A DNA stretch of 32,000 nucleotides, taken from an uncultured Opitutales bacterium. GTDB lineage: Bacteria; Verrucomicrobiota; Verrucomicrobiia; Opitutales; Intestinicryptomonadaceae. Below the pieces are notes generated by a model. The model was given only the letters and a program-made list of their open reading frames with translations. It was not told the DNA's origin and searched no databases. The stretch covers positions 150,001 through 182,000 of the forward strand of contig CAKTSY010000004.1 of the NCBI GenBank assembly GCA_934613415.1. Direction: 5' to 3'. Below, piece after piece: positions 1-8,569 of this stretch. The translations under genes were made by a program, and so were the position numbers. Numbering within the stretch: the first letter of the stretch is position 1; each line of letters opens with the position of its first letter.

Positions 1-548
1 CTGCATGGCTCGTCCATAAGCAGAATTTCGGGCTTAATGGCAAGGGCGCGGGCAATGCAAAGCCTTTGTTGCTGACCTCCGCTAAGACCAAGCGCACTTG
101 AATTTAGCCTGTCTTTTACCTCGTCGAACAAGGCCGCCTGTTTTAGCGATTTTTCCACAATTTCGTCTAGTTCGGCGCGCGGGCGGCGTCCCTGAAGCCT
201 TACGCCGTATATAACATTTTCGTAGATGCTTTTCGGAAAGGGATTGGGGCGTTGAAACACCATGCCAACCCTTCTTCTAAGTTCCACAATGTCCAGATTT
301 TTATTATATATGTCTACGCCGTCGAACATCAACTGCCCGCTTGTGTGGCAGGTGTCTACCAAGTCGTTCATACGGTTTATGCATCTTAAAAATGTACTTT
401 TGCCGCAGCCGCTTGGGCCTATTATTGCGGTAACCTTTCCGCGCATAAAATCTACATTAACGTTTTTAACCGCCTTGTGTTGGCCGTAGTAAACGCAAAA
501 GTCGCGCGCCGAAATTATGGTTTGGCCGTTTTGTGTGTTGCTTTGCAT
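1..548 (-). CDS. pstB: Phosphate ABC transporter ATP-binding protein PstB, N-terminal ~182 codons (gene runs off the left edge of the window)
   Basis: Own translation of the minus strand from the ATG (complement of 546-548): [63 protein letters not shown]...[27 protein letters not shown]. It has Walker [10 protein letters not shown] and the ABC signature LSGGQQQR. It starts 3 nt downstream of pstA. It is missing from the ORF track because no stop codon lies inside the window. Confidence 0.93.
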   Translation of the reverse strand, partial: MQSNTQNGQTIISARDFCVYYGQHKAVKNVNVDFMRGKVTAIIGPSGCGKSTFLRCINRMNDLVDTCHTSGQLMFDGVDIYNKNLDIVELRRRVGMVFQRPNPFPKSIYENVIYGVRLQGRRPRAELDEIVEKSLKQAALFDEVKDRLNSSALGLSGGQQQRLCIARALAIKPEILLMDEPC

Positions 549-551
549 ATT

Positions 552-2252
552 CTATCTTTTCTTTTGAAGTTTTGCCCTGATTATTATTGCCACAAAATTT
601 AGCGATAAAACTATTGCCATAAGCGCAAACACCATTCCGTATTGAACGTGTTGCACCATTTCGGCGGCCTCGTGTTCCGAGCAAATGTTGTAGATATTCC
701 ACGGCAGCGCGGGGGTTGGCTGCGAAAATATCTCGCTTAGCCCTAGGGCTACGCCCGTGCTTGTTGCCGCGGTAAAAATTATGGGGGCCGTTTCGCCTGC
801 GGCTCTACCCATAGAAATTATAATGCCAGTAAGCATTGCGGGGAGTGCCGCAGGCAAAATTACGGTGCAAATTGCCCTCCATTTGCCCGCTCCCAAGCCG
901 TAGGCAGCCTCGCGGTAGGAGTTGGGCACGCACTTTAAAGACTCAAAACAGCTTTGTATTATGGTGGGCAATATCAGCAAAGCCAATGTGGCACACCCTG
1001 CAATAACACTTTTGCCGTCGGATATTTTTAACGTGTTAATTAAAAACGCCAAACCGAACAAGCCAAATACTATAGAAGGCACGCCCGCCAAAGTTCCAAC
1101 GCACATTTTTAAAAGTGCTGTAATTTTTGTATCTCTTGCGTATTCCGAAAAATAGATTGCGGCTACTATACCCAAGGGTGCTGCCATAAGCATTGCGCCC
1201 AGCGTTAGGTAGAAAGTGCCTACAATCATAGGATATATTCCGCCGAATATGTTCGAGTCGTACGGGTCTTCGGTAAAAAAGCCTCCGTAAAACACAAAGT
1301 GCGGCTGCATCATTTTATCGAAAGTGGCTTCTATTTCGTCTAAAATTTTGGCAACTTGCCCGCCTTTAAAAACGTCTTTGCTATTTAAAATCTCGAAAGA
1401 AAGTATGCCGTCTTTTGCGGCGCGCTGCACCCTTATGCGCCTTACAGAATCGTTATAGACTTTTTCGGCCATGTCGTAGCGCGTTTGCCCGAACTTGTTG
1501 CGCAAAAGTTTTTCGGAAGCCCTTTGCTTTGCATTTACGGGGCCTAGCAGCTTTTGTATGCCGTGCTTTAAAGATTCGTAGTCGGCATTAGATGCGGAAA
1601 ATTCCGAAATTTTTGCGTCTATTGCAGCATTGGGAATTTCGCACATTGCCCTTCTTAAGGCCGATTTTGCGCCGAAGTTTAAACCGTCTTTTTTTGAGAT
1701 TTTGTTTGAAAGAGCTTTGGCTAACTTAGCAATTTCGCCCTTCTTTTTACTCAAGAACTTTTCGGCCGAAAACGATGCCGAGCCTTTTTTTGCATTCATG
1801 CAAAATTCTTCAAGCGATTCGTTAAAGTCTTTCCACGGGGCAGCGCATAATTCGGCAAACACGGCATTACGCTTTGCAGTGTCTTTTATTAAAGAAGCCT
1901 TTGCAAAATCCGCTTCGCTAGACTCTAGTTTTTTAAACACATCGCCGATTTTTAAATTAAGCGAGTTTTCGTTTTCGGGCAAGCTCTTGCCCTCGTATTC
2001 CGCCATAAGCGAAAATACGCGCCCCTTTGCGGCGTCGGCGTCGGAAATTCTTTTTGCCGCCTTTTCGCCTATGTCTTTATCTAGAAAGTCGCGCAAAAAC
2101 TTTTCGTGCTCGGCAGTTGCCGTAAAAAGAAATGCGTTTGCGCCCTTTATTATTATGGGCAGCATAAACACCGCAACCATAGCGCACATTGCCCAAAGCG
2201 AAATTTGCGCCAATTTTCTAAAAGATATATCCAATATTCTTCTGGAATTCAT
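552..2252 (-). CDS. pstA: Phosphate ABC transporter permease PstA, long form (566 aa) with a ~285-aa hydrophilic insertion after TM1
   Basis: ORF track 552..2252. The C-terminal half is a typical PstA/PstC-type permease core (IFGGIYPMIVGTFYLTLGAMLMAAPLGIVAAIYFSEYA ... SMGRAAGETAPIIFTA). It sits between pstC and pstB with 1-3 nt gaps. Confidence 0.9.
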   Translation of the reverse strand: MNSRRILDISFRKLAQISLWAMCAMVAVFMLPIIIKGANAFLFTATAEHEKFLRDFLDKDIGEKAAKRISDADAAKGRVFSLMAEYEGKSLPENENSLNLKIGDVFKKLESSEADFAKASLIKDTAKRNAVFAELCAAPWKDFNESLEEFCMNAKKGSASFSAEKFLSKKKGEIAKLAKALSNKISKKDGLNFGAKSALRRAMCEIPNAAIDAKISEFSASNADYESLKHGIQKLLGPVNAKQRASEKLLRNKFGQTRYDMAEKVYNDSVRRIRVQRAAKDGILSFEILNSKDVFKGGQVAKILDEIEATFDKMMQPHFVFYGGFFTEDPYDSNIFGGIYPMIVGTFYLTLGAMLMAAPLGIVAAIYFSEYARDTKITALLKMCVGTLAGVPSIVFGLFGLAFLINTLKISDGKSVIAGCATLALLILPTIIQSCFESLKCVPNSYREAAYGLGAGKWRAICTVILPAALPAMLTGIIISMGRAAGETAPIIFTAATSTGVALGLSEIFSQPTPALPWNIYNICSEHEAAEMVQHVQYGMVFALMAIVLSLNFVAIIIRAKLQKKR

Positions 2253-2253
2253 A

Positions 2254-3381
2254 TTACTTCTTCAAACGCGATTTTCCAACATAGCTTCCCGCCATATTCA
2301 TTATTAAAGCAGAAAACAAAAGGCATACGCTCATCGCAAACAAAACGTGGTAGCGCGCAGACCCCGTGCTTTGATCGGCCTCGCCCATTTCGCCGGCTAT
2401 TGTTGCCGTCATTGTGCGGACGGGTTCGAATATATTGTAGAAAGGTTCGGGTATTTTAAGCGAATTGCCGCTTGCCATCCAAACAACCATTGTTTCGCCG
2501 ATAACGCGCATAAGCCCCAAAATTACGGCGGCTGCTATTCCGCTTTTTGCGCACGGGATTATAACTTTAAAAATTGTTTCGGTTTTTGTGGCCCCAAGGG
2601 CAAGCGAGCCCTCGCGCATATCTCTGCCTACCGACGAAAGCGAATCTTGCGAAATGCTAACTATTGTAGGCAACGCCATAATAGCCAAAATTACCGACGC
2701 GTTAAACGCGTTTGTGCCGCTGGAAATTTGCATAGACAATGCCCTGTCGGCAACGTATAGCGAAAGCGTTAAAATTAAACCAAATACCGCAAAAAAAATT
2801 ATGTTTGCAAATAGTTTTTGCCTTTCGCCGAAAATTGTTTTGCACAAAACGCCGCCCAAAAACGAGGCTATAATACCGAAAAACGCCGTGATTGCCGCAA
2901 CCAAAAAACCGCCGTGGTCTTGCAGGAAAGGCGCAAAAACAACTATTGCAAAAAATCCGTAAACGACAGAAGGAATTGCCGCAAGCAACTCCACTATAAT
3001 TTTAAAAAAGCCAGCAGCCTTGCCCGAAACTATTTCGGAAAGGCAAAGGGCAACCAATATTCCAAGCGGAACTGCAATGGCGCACGACACAACCGTTACC
3101 ATTGCAGTCCCGTAGAATATGCTAAGCGCGCCAAAATGCGGATTGGCGGCCGACGGCCCCCAATTTGTGCTTGTAAAAAACTCTTTAACGGCGGCTAGAC
3201 TCTTAAAGAAAGGCAAGGCCTCGCCGACTATAAAGAATATCATAAACACTATGGCAAGAGTTGGAATTGCCGTAATCGAAAACAGCACAAATCTTCCAAG
3301 CTTGTCGCACAAAGCCCTTTTAAGGTTGCCCGACTTGCCCAATATTAGCGAATTGTTTTTGTTTTCGATTGGCGATTCCAT
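2254..3381 (-). CDS. pstC: Phosphate ABC transporter permease PstC
   Basis: ORF track 375 aa. It is a multi-TM permease with an EAA-like loop (LGATKTETIFKVIIPCAKSGIAAAVILGLMRVIGETMVVWMASGN). An AGGAGA Shine-Dalgarno lies upstream of the ATG at 3381. Synteny is pstS-pstC-pstA-pstB. Confidence 0.9.
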   Translation of the reverse strand: MESPIENKNNSLILGKSGNLKRALCDKLGRFVLFSITAIPTLAIVFMIFFIVGEALPFFKSLAAVKEFFTSTNWGPSAANPHFGALSIFYGTAMVTVVSCAIAVPLGILVALCLSEIVSGKAAGFFKIIVELLAAIPSVVYGFFAIVVFAPFLQDHGGFLVAAITAFFGIIASFLGGVLCKTIFGERQKLFANIIFFAVFGLILTLSLYVADRALSMQISSGTNAFNASVILAIMALPTIVSISQDSLSSVGRDMREGSLALGATKTETIFKVIIPCAKSGIAAAVILGLMRVIGETMVVWMASGNSLKIPEPFYNIFEPVRTMTATIAGEMGEADQSTGSARYHVLFAMSVCLLFSALIMNMAGSYVGKSRLKK

Positions 3382-3402
3382 TTTGTTTCTCCTATCCGCA
3401 AA

Positions 3403-4233
3403 TTATTTGCATACTGCTACAAAGCCCAAGTCTGTAACAATTTCCCTACCTTCGGGGGTTAGGCAAAGCGTTACAAAGTTGAACAAGTGCGAACCCATTT
3501 TCGGCGAGCCGTTTGTGAACATATACAAGGGTCTGGCTATGGGGTATTTGCCCGCGGCAACCGTTTGGGGAGTGGGCAATATGCCGTCTACCGAAAGAGC
3601 CTTAACCGAAGAGTCTGCAAAGCCCAAGCCGACATAGGCAATGGCGTTCTTTGTAGAATTTACTCTCGAACGTGCCTGACCGTTAGAGCCAACATATTCG
3701 GCACTCTTTGCAATTTTTGCCTTCTTTAAAACAAGTTCGTTGAAGGTTTCGTAGGTACCGCTGTTGCTGTCGCGGCTTATTACAACAATCTTTGCGTCTT
3801 CGCCGCCAAGTTCCTTCCAGTTTGTAATTTTGCCCGTGTAGATGTCGGCAATCTGCTTTTCGCTAAGTGCCGAAATTTTGTTTTGCGGGTTTACTATAAC
3901 TGCCAAGCCGTCGTAGGCAACAGTGTGAGCAACCGGCAAAACGCTTTTTTCTACGCAGCTTTTAAATTCGCCGGCCTTCATAAAGCGCGACATTGTAGCT
4001 ACGTTGCACGAGCCGTTCATAAGGCTTTTTACGCCGTTGCCGCTACCCGATTCACTTATTGTAATATTAACCGAGGGGTTGTTTTCCCTGTAATATTCGG
4101 CAAAAGCCTTTGCTATTGGTCCTACCGTTGTAGAACCGTCTACCGAAATAGAGGTATTGTCGGCATAGCTTTGCGCCGAAATCAATGCCGTTAGCGAAAC
4201 CGCCAAAACTTGTAAAATTTTCTTTGTATTCAT
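3403..4233 (-). CDS. pstS: Phosphate-binding protein PstS (periplasmic substrate-binding component)
   Basis: ORF track 276 aa. It has a signal peptide (MNTKKILQVLAVSLTALISAQSYA) and PBP-like motifs (DGSTTVGPIA, SGSGNGVKSL, ISRDSNSGTYETF). It is the first gene of the pstSCAB string, and AAGGAAA lies upstream of the ATG. Confidence 0.9.
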   Translation of the reverse strand: MNTKKILQVLAVSLTALISAQSYADNTSISVDGSTTVGPIAKAFAEYYRENNPSVNITISESGSGNGVKSLMNGSCNVATMSRFMKAGEFKSCVEKSVLPVAHTVAYDGLAVIVNPQNKISALSEKQIADIYTGKITNWKELGGEDAKIVVISRDSNSGTYETFNELVLKKAKIAKSAEYVGSNGQARSRVNSTKNAIAYVGLGFADSSVKALSVDGILPTPQTVAAGKYPIARPLYMFTNGSPKMGSHLFNFVTLCLTPEGREIVTDLGFVAVCK

Positions 4234-4260
4234 AATTGTATTTCCTTTTTGTTTTAGTTT

Positions 4261-5517
4261 TTAGAATAAGATTTGTATTTGAGTTCTTACCGCGCTTGCC
4301 GAGCTGTTGCCGTAGTCGGTTGCTCCGTAGGCGGCTCCGTCTAAGTAGGCATATTCGTAGCCGAGCTGGTATTTTACGGTGTTGCCCATTATGTACCAAT
4401 TTAAGCCAACATATATGCTTTTGCCGCGCGAAAACGCTTTGCCAACACCGCCTAAATCGGCGTCTCTTACACCGTCCGACATCTTTATGCCGCGGCCGTC
4501 GGTATCCAACCAGCTAAGTCTTACAACGGGGGCAATCTTGCCAAATTCGCCAATGTCGAACTTGTATTCTACGCCCAAGTTGGCACCCATAACAAAGTTG
4601 TCTTTCATGGCAGAATATATGCCGTTTTCCATATCGGCAGCCAAGAATTCGCCGAAGAAGTCGAAGCCCTTAAACGAACCTTTTATATAGGGGTTAAAGC
4701 CCAAGTAGTAGCCGCCCACATTGCCCTTTTCGCCCGCAACATTCATAGAATTTGCGTATGCCAAATTTAGGCCTGTGGTAAATTTTGCGTCGTCTACTTT
4801 AAAGGAGTATAGAACGTTTGCAGCATACATAAGCCCGTTTGTTGCATTGGCAGGAGCTTTTGTCATACCGCCGTTGTAGGCGTTCGTAATCGAAAAGCCG
4901 TACTTTAGCCCTTCTATGTTTTCAAGAATTTTGCCGTTGTAGAAAATGCCGACATGGCGGGCTGCCACTCCAAGCCTTCTGCCGTTGTTGCCTTCGGCAA
5001 AGTAGCGCGTTGCCAACGACCTTTCAATCGATATCAATTTCGAAGACGAAGTTGTTTCTTCAACCGAAAAGTTTATCTTCTTATAACCGAAATCCAAATC
5101 ACCGTTTAGATAGTCGTTTTTAAAGTTTTTAGAGATAAACGCCTTTTCGATATAGTCTTTGGCTGCAAAGTCGGCGATAATTTCGCCCTTCCAACCGCTA
5201 CCTAAGTCGGCAGTAGCCCCCAAGAATATTCTTCTTAAGATGAAGCTACTTGTATTGTCCGACATATTGTCGTAGCTTTGGTCGGTATTTATAAATTCGT
5301 ACTGGCCCTGTAGCCTGCCCGAAATCTTTATTTTCTTTGCCGCTTTTTCGGCGGGAACAACCGCAACCGAACTTTTAGAAACTTTGTCGGCCTCGGCGCG
5401 GGTGATTAAGCCCTTGCTTACAAGCAAGTCCAATGTTTGTTTGTCTTGCGCTTGGGCGGCAGAGCAACCCATTGCAAGAAGTGCGAACGCATATACTAAT
5501 GCTTTATTGTATTTCAT
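4261..5517 (-). CDS. Outer-membrane porin, phosphate-selective porin O/P (OprO/OprP-like) family
   Basis: ORF track 4261..5544. I prefer the internal ATG at 5517 (MKYNKALVYAFALLAMGCSAAQAQD), which gives a clean signal peptide with AAAGGA upstream. The body has beta-barrel-like alternating sequence and the C-terminus ends in ...TQIQILF (terminal Phe is typical of OMPs). It lies directly upstream of pstS. Confidence 0.75.
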   Translation of the reverse strand: MKYNKALVYAFALLAMGCSAAQAQDKQTLDLLVSKGLITRAEADKVSKSSVAVVPAEKAAKKIKISGRLQGQYEFINTDQSYDNMSDNTSSFILRRIFLGATADLGSGWKGEIIADFAAKDYIEKAFISKNFKNDYLNGDLDFGYKKINFSVEETTSSSKLISIERSLATRYFAEGNNGRRLGVAARHVGIFYNGKILENIEGLKYGFSITNAYNGGMTKAPANATNGLMYAANVLYSFKVDDAKFTTGLNLAYANSMNVAGEKGNVGGYYLGFNPYIKGSFKGFDFFGEFLAADMENGIYSAMKDNFVMGANLGVEYKFDIGEFGKIAPVVRLSWLDTDGRGIKMSDGVRDADLGGVGKAFSRGKSIYVGLNWYIMGNTVKYQLGYEYAYLDGAAYGATDYGNSSASAVRTQIQILF

Positions 5518-5643
5518 ATCCTTTTTTTGGTTTTGTCCGCACATTCTCGCAAAAATTTGTCAGGTTTTTATTTGCCAAAAACTAGGTTTTGGTTTTGTTT
5601 ACGTTAAAGTTTTGCACAAATAAATTAGACTTTTATTCGGCGA

Positions 5644-5665
5644 TTGTTAGTTTTTTGTTAGGTTG
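5644..5665 (+). promoter_or_regulatory. Candidate Pho box: TTGTTAG-N4-TTGTTAG direct repeat with 11-bp period, upstream of phoR
   Basis: TTGTTAG occurs at 5644-5650 and again at 5655-5661, exactly 11 bp apart. This is about 55-70 nt upstream of the phoR ATG (5716), in the divergent porin/phoR intergenic region. It resembles the two 11-bp units of the E. coli Pho box (CTGTCAT-N4-CTGTCAY). Confidence 0.35.
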
Positions 5666-5715
5666 CAGATATTTGTTGACCGACACATTTATTGGCACTA
5701 TTGCCGAAGCCTATT

Positions 5716-7467
5716 ATGAAAAACTACATAAACACAATATTTGCACGCATATTCCTGGTAAGCTCGGCAATATGCGCCATCTTTGTAATTGCAGGAGCAA
5801 CTTTTGCATATAAGGCAATGGAACGCTCTATAGAACGCAACACAGAACAGCTTTTAAGAGATTCTGTAAGCTTTATCCAAGCCGACATTCAGGCGAGCGT
5901 AAACCCGCAAAAGCTTGCTTTGGCAATACAAAAATATTCTGCAAACAGCGGCATACGAACTACCATAATAAAGAACGACGGCACCGTTGTGCTAGATTCT
6001 AAAGCCGACAATGCCTCTATGCAAAACCACCTAAATAGACGCGAAGTAAAAGACGCTTTCGACGGCAAAACCACCGTAAACGTTCGCTATTCGCAAACGC
6101 TTGGCGCAAGGCTTATGTATGTGGCGGCCCCGGCAACCCAAAGCGAAAACGCAAAGAACGAATATTGCGTAAGACAATCCATAAAGCTAAGCGTATTCCA
6201 GTCTAAAAAAGATGGCTTAAAAATCGCAATTTTCTCTATAGGCGCAGTTGCCGTTTTGTTTAGCGTTATGCTTTCGTACATAACCGCAAAACGCATTTCA
6301 AAACCATTAAAACTTTTGGCGCAGTCGGCTGCAAAATATGCAGCGGGCGACTTCGAGCACGGCACGCCGCATAGCAATATCCGCGAAATCGGCGAGCTTT
6401 CGAAATCGCTATATATAATGGGGCGCAACCTTAAAAAGCGCATAAATTCGCTACACAAGCGCAACTGCGAGCTTGACGAAATTTTTTCGCAACTAAACGA
6501 GTGCGTGTTTATATGCTCCGACAACAACGACGTACGCCGCTACAATAAGTCGTGCGCCGAAACTTTCGGCATAGCCGAAAACGAGCAAAACCTTAGAGTT
6601 GCAGAGGCATTCCGCAACAGCGCAATTTTGCGCGCAATTGGCGACACCTTTAAAAATGGTGAAAATATTTCAAGAGAAATAGAGCACCTAAACAAAACCT
6701 ACATACTTACGGGGCTTTTGCTGCCATACAAGGCAAAACACGCAAGGGCTTTGTTTGTAATGCGCGACATTTCAAAAGAAAAGCAAAACGAGATTTTGCG
6801 CAAAGAGTTTGTTGCCGGCGCCTCTCACGAGCTTAAAACCCCCATTACCGCAATAAAAATGGCAGCCGAAACCGTTGCCGACAACTACGACGAGGAAACC
6901 GCAAAAAGGTTTTTGCCCACAATAGAAAAAGAAGCCTCGCGCATGGCAAATATTGTAGACGATATGATTTTGCTTTCGAAAGTGGAATTTTCGGCAAACA
7001 ACCCGCAGTTTGAAAAGTTCAACCTTTCCGACACGGTAAAGATTGCAGCCAACAACTACGACAACCAAATTATGCTTAACGGCGACACTTTAACAAACCT
7101 TTGCCCCGAAAACCTCGAAATTTTTGGCGACGAAAAGTTGGTTCAGATCGCCTTAAACAACCTTATTTCGAACGCCGTGCGCTATGGCGGCAAAAACTGC
7201 AAAATTACAATAACAGGCACTCAAGACGAAAACTTTGTAAAAATTACAGTTGCCGACACCGGCATTGGCATTTCCAAAGACGATTTGCCCCGCGTTTTCG
7301 AAAGGTTCTTTAGGGTAGACAAAGGCCGCTCGCGCGAGCTTGGCGGCACGGGGCTTGGCCTTGCTTTAGTAAAGCACATTGCAATTCTACACAAAGGCAC
7401 GGTTTACGCCGAAAGCGAACAAAACAAAGGCTCTCGCTTTACGATAACTTTTAGAAAGGCTAAATAA
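5716..7467 (+). CDS. phoR: Phosphate-regulon sensor histidine kinase (PhoR-like): 2 TM + periplasmic domain + HAMP/PAS + HisKA + HATPase
   Basis: ORF track 5692..7467 begins at a TTG; the first ATG is at 5716 (MKNYINTIFARIFLV...). It has the H-box SHELKTPIT, N-box NLISNAVRYG, G1 DTGIGI and G2 GGTGLGLA. It sits 1 nt upstream of an OmpR-family regulator and divergent from the pst cluster. Confidence 0.85.
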   Translation: MKNYINTIFARIFLVSSAICAIFVIAGATFAYKAMERSIERNTEQLLRDSVSFIQADIQASVNPQKLALAIQKYSANSGIRTTIIKNDGTVVLDSKADNASMQNHLNRREVKDAFDGKTTVNVRYSQTLGARLMYVAAPATQSENAKNEYCVRQSIKLSVFQSKKDGLKIAIFSIGAVAVLFSVMLSYITAKRISKPLKLLAQSAAKYAAGDFEHGTPHSNIREIGELSKSLYIMGRNLKKRINSLHKRNCELDEIFSQLNECVFICSDNNDVRRYNKSCAETFGIAENEQNLRVAEAFRNSAILRAIGDTFKNGENISREIEHLNKTYILTGLLLPYKAKHARALFVMRDISKEKQNEILRKEFVAGASHELKTPITAIKMAAETVADNYDEETAKRFLPTIEKEASRMANIVDDMILLSKVEFSANNPQFEKFNLSDTVKIAANNYDNQIMLNGDTLTNLCPENLEIFGDEKLVQIALNNLISNAVRYGGKNCKITITGTQDENFVKITVADTGIGISKDDLPRVFERFFRVDKGRSRELGGTGLGLALVKHIAILHKGTVYAESEQNKGSRFTITFRKAK

Positions 7468-7468
7468 A

Positions 7469-8152
7469 ATGGCGCAAAAAATTTTGATAGTGGAAGACGA
7501 ACTGAGCATTGCGGAGCTTATAGAGTTTAATCTTAAAAAGAATTCCTATGAATGCAAAAACGTAAATTCGGCGGAAAAAGCGTTGGCTTTGTTCGAAAAA
7601 GGCGAAAAGTTCGACCTAATTTTGCTTGATTTAATGCTTGTTGGAATGGACGGCACCGACTTTTGCAAAATATTCAGGGCAAGGAAGGATTTCGAACAAA
7701 TACCCATAATTATGCTTACGGCGCGCAGCGAAGAATCGGACATTGTAAGCGGCCTGGAATACGGAGCCGACGACTACATTACAAAGCCCTTTTCGCCAAG
7801 AGTTTTGCTTGCAAGAATAAGGGCCAGGCTACGCAAAAACGACGAAAACGACGGCGCAATTTCCGTACACGGTATTGCTTTAGACCCCGAATTTCACGAA
7901 GCGAAAATCGGCAAAAAGCATTTGGAACTTACCGCAAACGAGTTTGCCATTTTGGAAATGTTTATGCGCAACACGGGCAAGGTTTTTTCGCGAGACGCAA
8001 TTATACGCAATCTGCACGGCGACGGCTACCCCGTAACCGACAGGGCAATAGACGTTTTAATTGTAAACCTGCGCAAAAAGCTGGGCAATAAGTCGGAATT
8101 GATAGAAACGGTGCGCGGCGTTGGCTACAAAATGGCAAAGCAAAACGCATAG
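7469..8152 (+). CDS. phoB: OmpR/PhoB-family response regulator (receiver + winged-helix DNA-binding domain)
   Basis: ORF track 227 aa. The receiver domain reads ILIVEDE...DLILLDLMLVGMDG...PIIMLTAR. The C-terminal winged helix reads LTANEFAILEMFMRN...VLIVNLRKKL...ETVRGVGYKM. It is adjacent to phoR and the pst genes. Confidence 0.87.
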   Translation: MAQKILIVEDELSIAELIEFNLKKNSYECKNVNSAEKALALFEKGEKFDLILLDLMLVGMDGTDFCKIFRARKDFEQIPIIMLTARSEESDIVSGLEYGADDYITKPFSPRVLLARIRARLRKNDENDGAISVHGIALDPEFHEAKIGKKHLELTANEFAILEMFMRNTGKVFSRDAIIRNLHGDGYPVTDRAIDVLIVNLRKKLGNKSELIETVRGVGYKMAKQNA

Positions 8153-8184
8153 AACTGCGCCTAAAAAGCGGTATTTTACAAACT

Positions 8185-8216
8185 AAAAACTAAGGCAAAA
8201 AAGCCTTAGTTTTTTT
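8185..8216. terminator. Bidirectional rho-independent terminator between phoB and the convergent small ORF
   Basis: The stem CTAAGGC (8190-8196) pairs with GCCTTAG (8203-8209) around a 6-nt A loop. An A5 tract lies on the left and a T7 tract on the right, so it reads as hairpin plus U-run on both strands. Confidence 0.75.
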
Positions 8217-8382
8217 CGTAGTCGGAGGGCTTGCCCGACATTTCGGCGCATATTTTTAGGATTTCGCAAATGCAGCGTTCAATGCTAACTCCCGACAAAT
8301 TTGCAACGCGGCGTATATACGCTAAAACCTCCGCATCTATGTTAATTTCTATCGTGCAATTTTCTTTTTCGGCATCTGCCAT
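8206..8382 (-). CDS. Small ribbon-helix-helix (CopG/Arc-like) protein, 58 aa, not in ORF track
   Basis: Own translation: MADAEKENCTIEINIDAEVLAYIRRVANLSGVSIERCICEILKICAEMSGKPSDYEKN. A strong SD (GAGAGGAAGG) lies about 9 nt upstream of the ATG at 8382. The beta-strand/helix/helix pattern (TIEINID-AEVLAYIRRVA-GVSIERCICEIL) is typical of RHH regulators and antitoxins. The stop lies inside the terminator stem. Confidence 0.45.
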   Translation of the reverse strand: MADAEKENCTIEINIDAEVLAYIRRVANLSGVSIERCICEILKICAEMSGKPSDYEKN

Positions 8383-8425
8383 AATATATTCGCCTTCCTC
8401 TCTTTAATGGGAATACATAGGATAT

Positions 8426-8454
8426 ATTTTAATAATTTTTACATTGTAAGACAA
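8426..8454 (-). promoter_or_regulatory. Candidate sigma70-like promoter for the small RHH ORF (TTGTCT-N17-TAAAAT on the minus strand)
   Basis: Reverse complement of 8426-8454 reads TTGTCT tacaatgtaaaaattat TAAAAT, about 40 nt upstream of the ATG at 8382. The background is AT-rich, so chance matches are likely. Confidence 0.3.
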
Positions 8455-8508
8455 AAAAGTTTTTATTTTTTATTTTATACAAATCGGCATAAAATATCTT
8501 ATGCGCAC

Positions 8509-8544
8509 AAAAAAAACCGCAACGCGTTTTGCAGTGCGTCGCGG
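8509..8544 (-). terminator. Rho-independent terminator downstream of the GH28 gene
   Basis: On the minus strand the sequence reads CCGCGACGCA-ctgcaaaa-CGCGTTGCGG followed by T8. The stem is 10 bp with one mismatch and one G-U wobble pair (plus-strand 8517-8526 / 8535-8544). It starts 26 nt after the stop at 8570. Confidence 0.7.
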
Positions 8545-8569
8545 CTAAATTTCCGGTTAGATTGCTCCG

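Noticed and set aside
5518-5544. N-terminal extensions suggested by the ORF track: porin from 5544, phoR from the TTG at 5692, mlaE from the TTG at 28006.
   Set aside because: Internal ATG starts (5517, 5716, 27973) give proper signal-peptide or TM N-termini and better upstream purine-rich RBS context. The extensions add non-signal residues (for example MCGQNQKKD, MIVQLCNHRHR).
5692-5706. TGGCAC...GC at 5693-5704 as a sigma-54 -24/-12 promoter.
   Set aside because: The spacing between GG and GC is 7 nt instead of the required 10 nt. It also lies inside or adjacent to the phoR translation start region.
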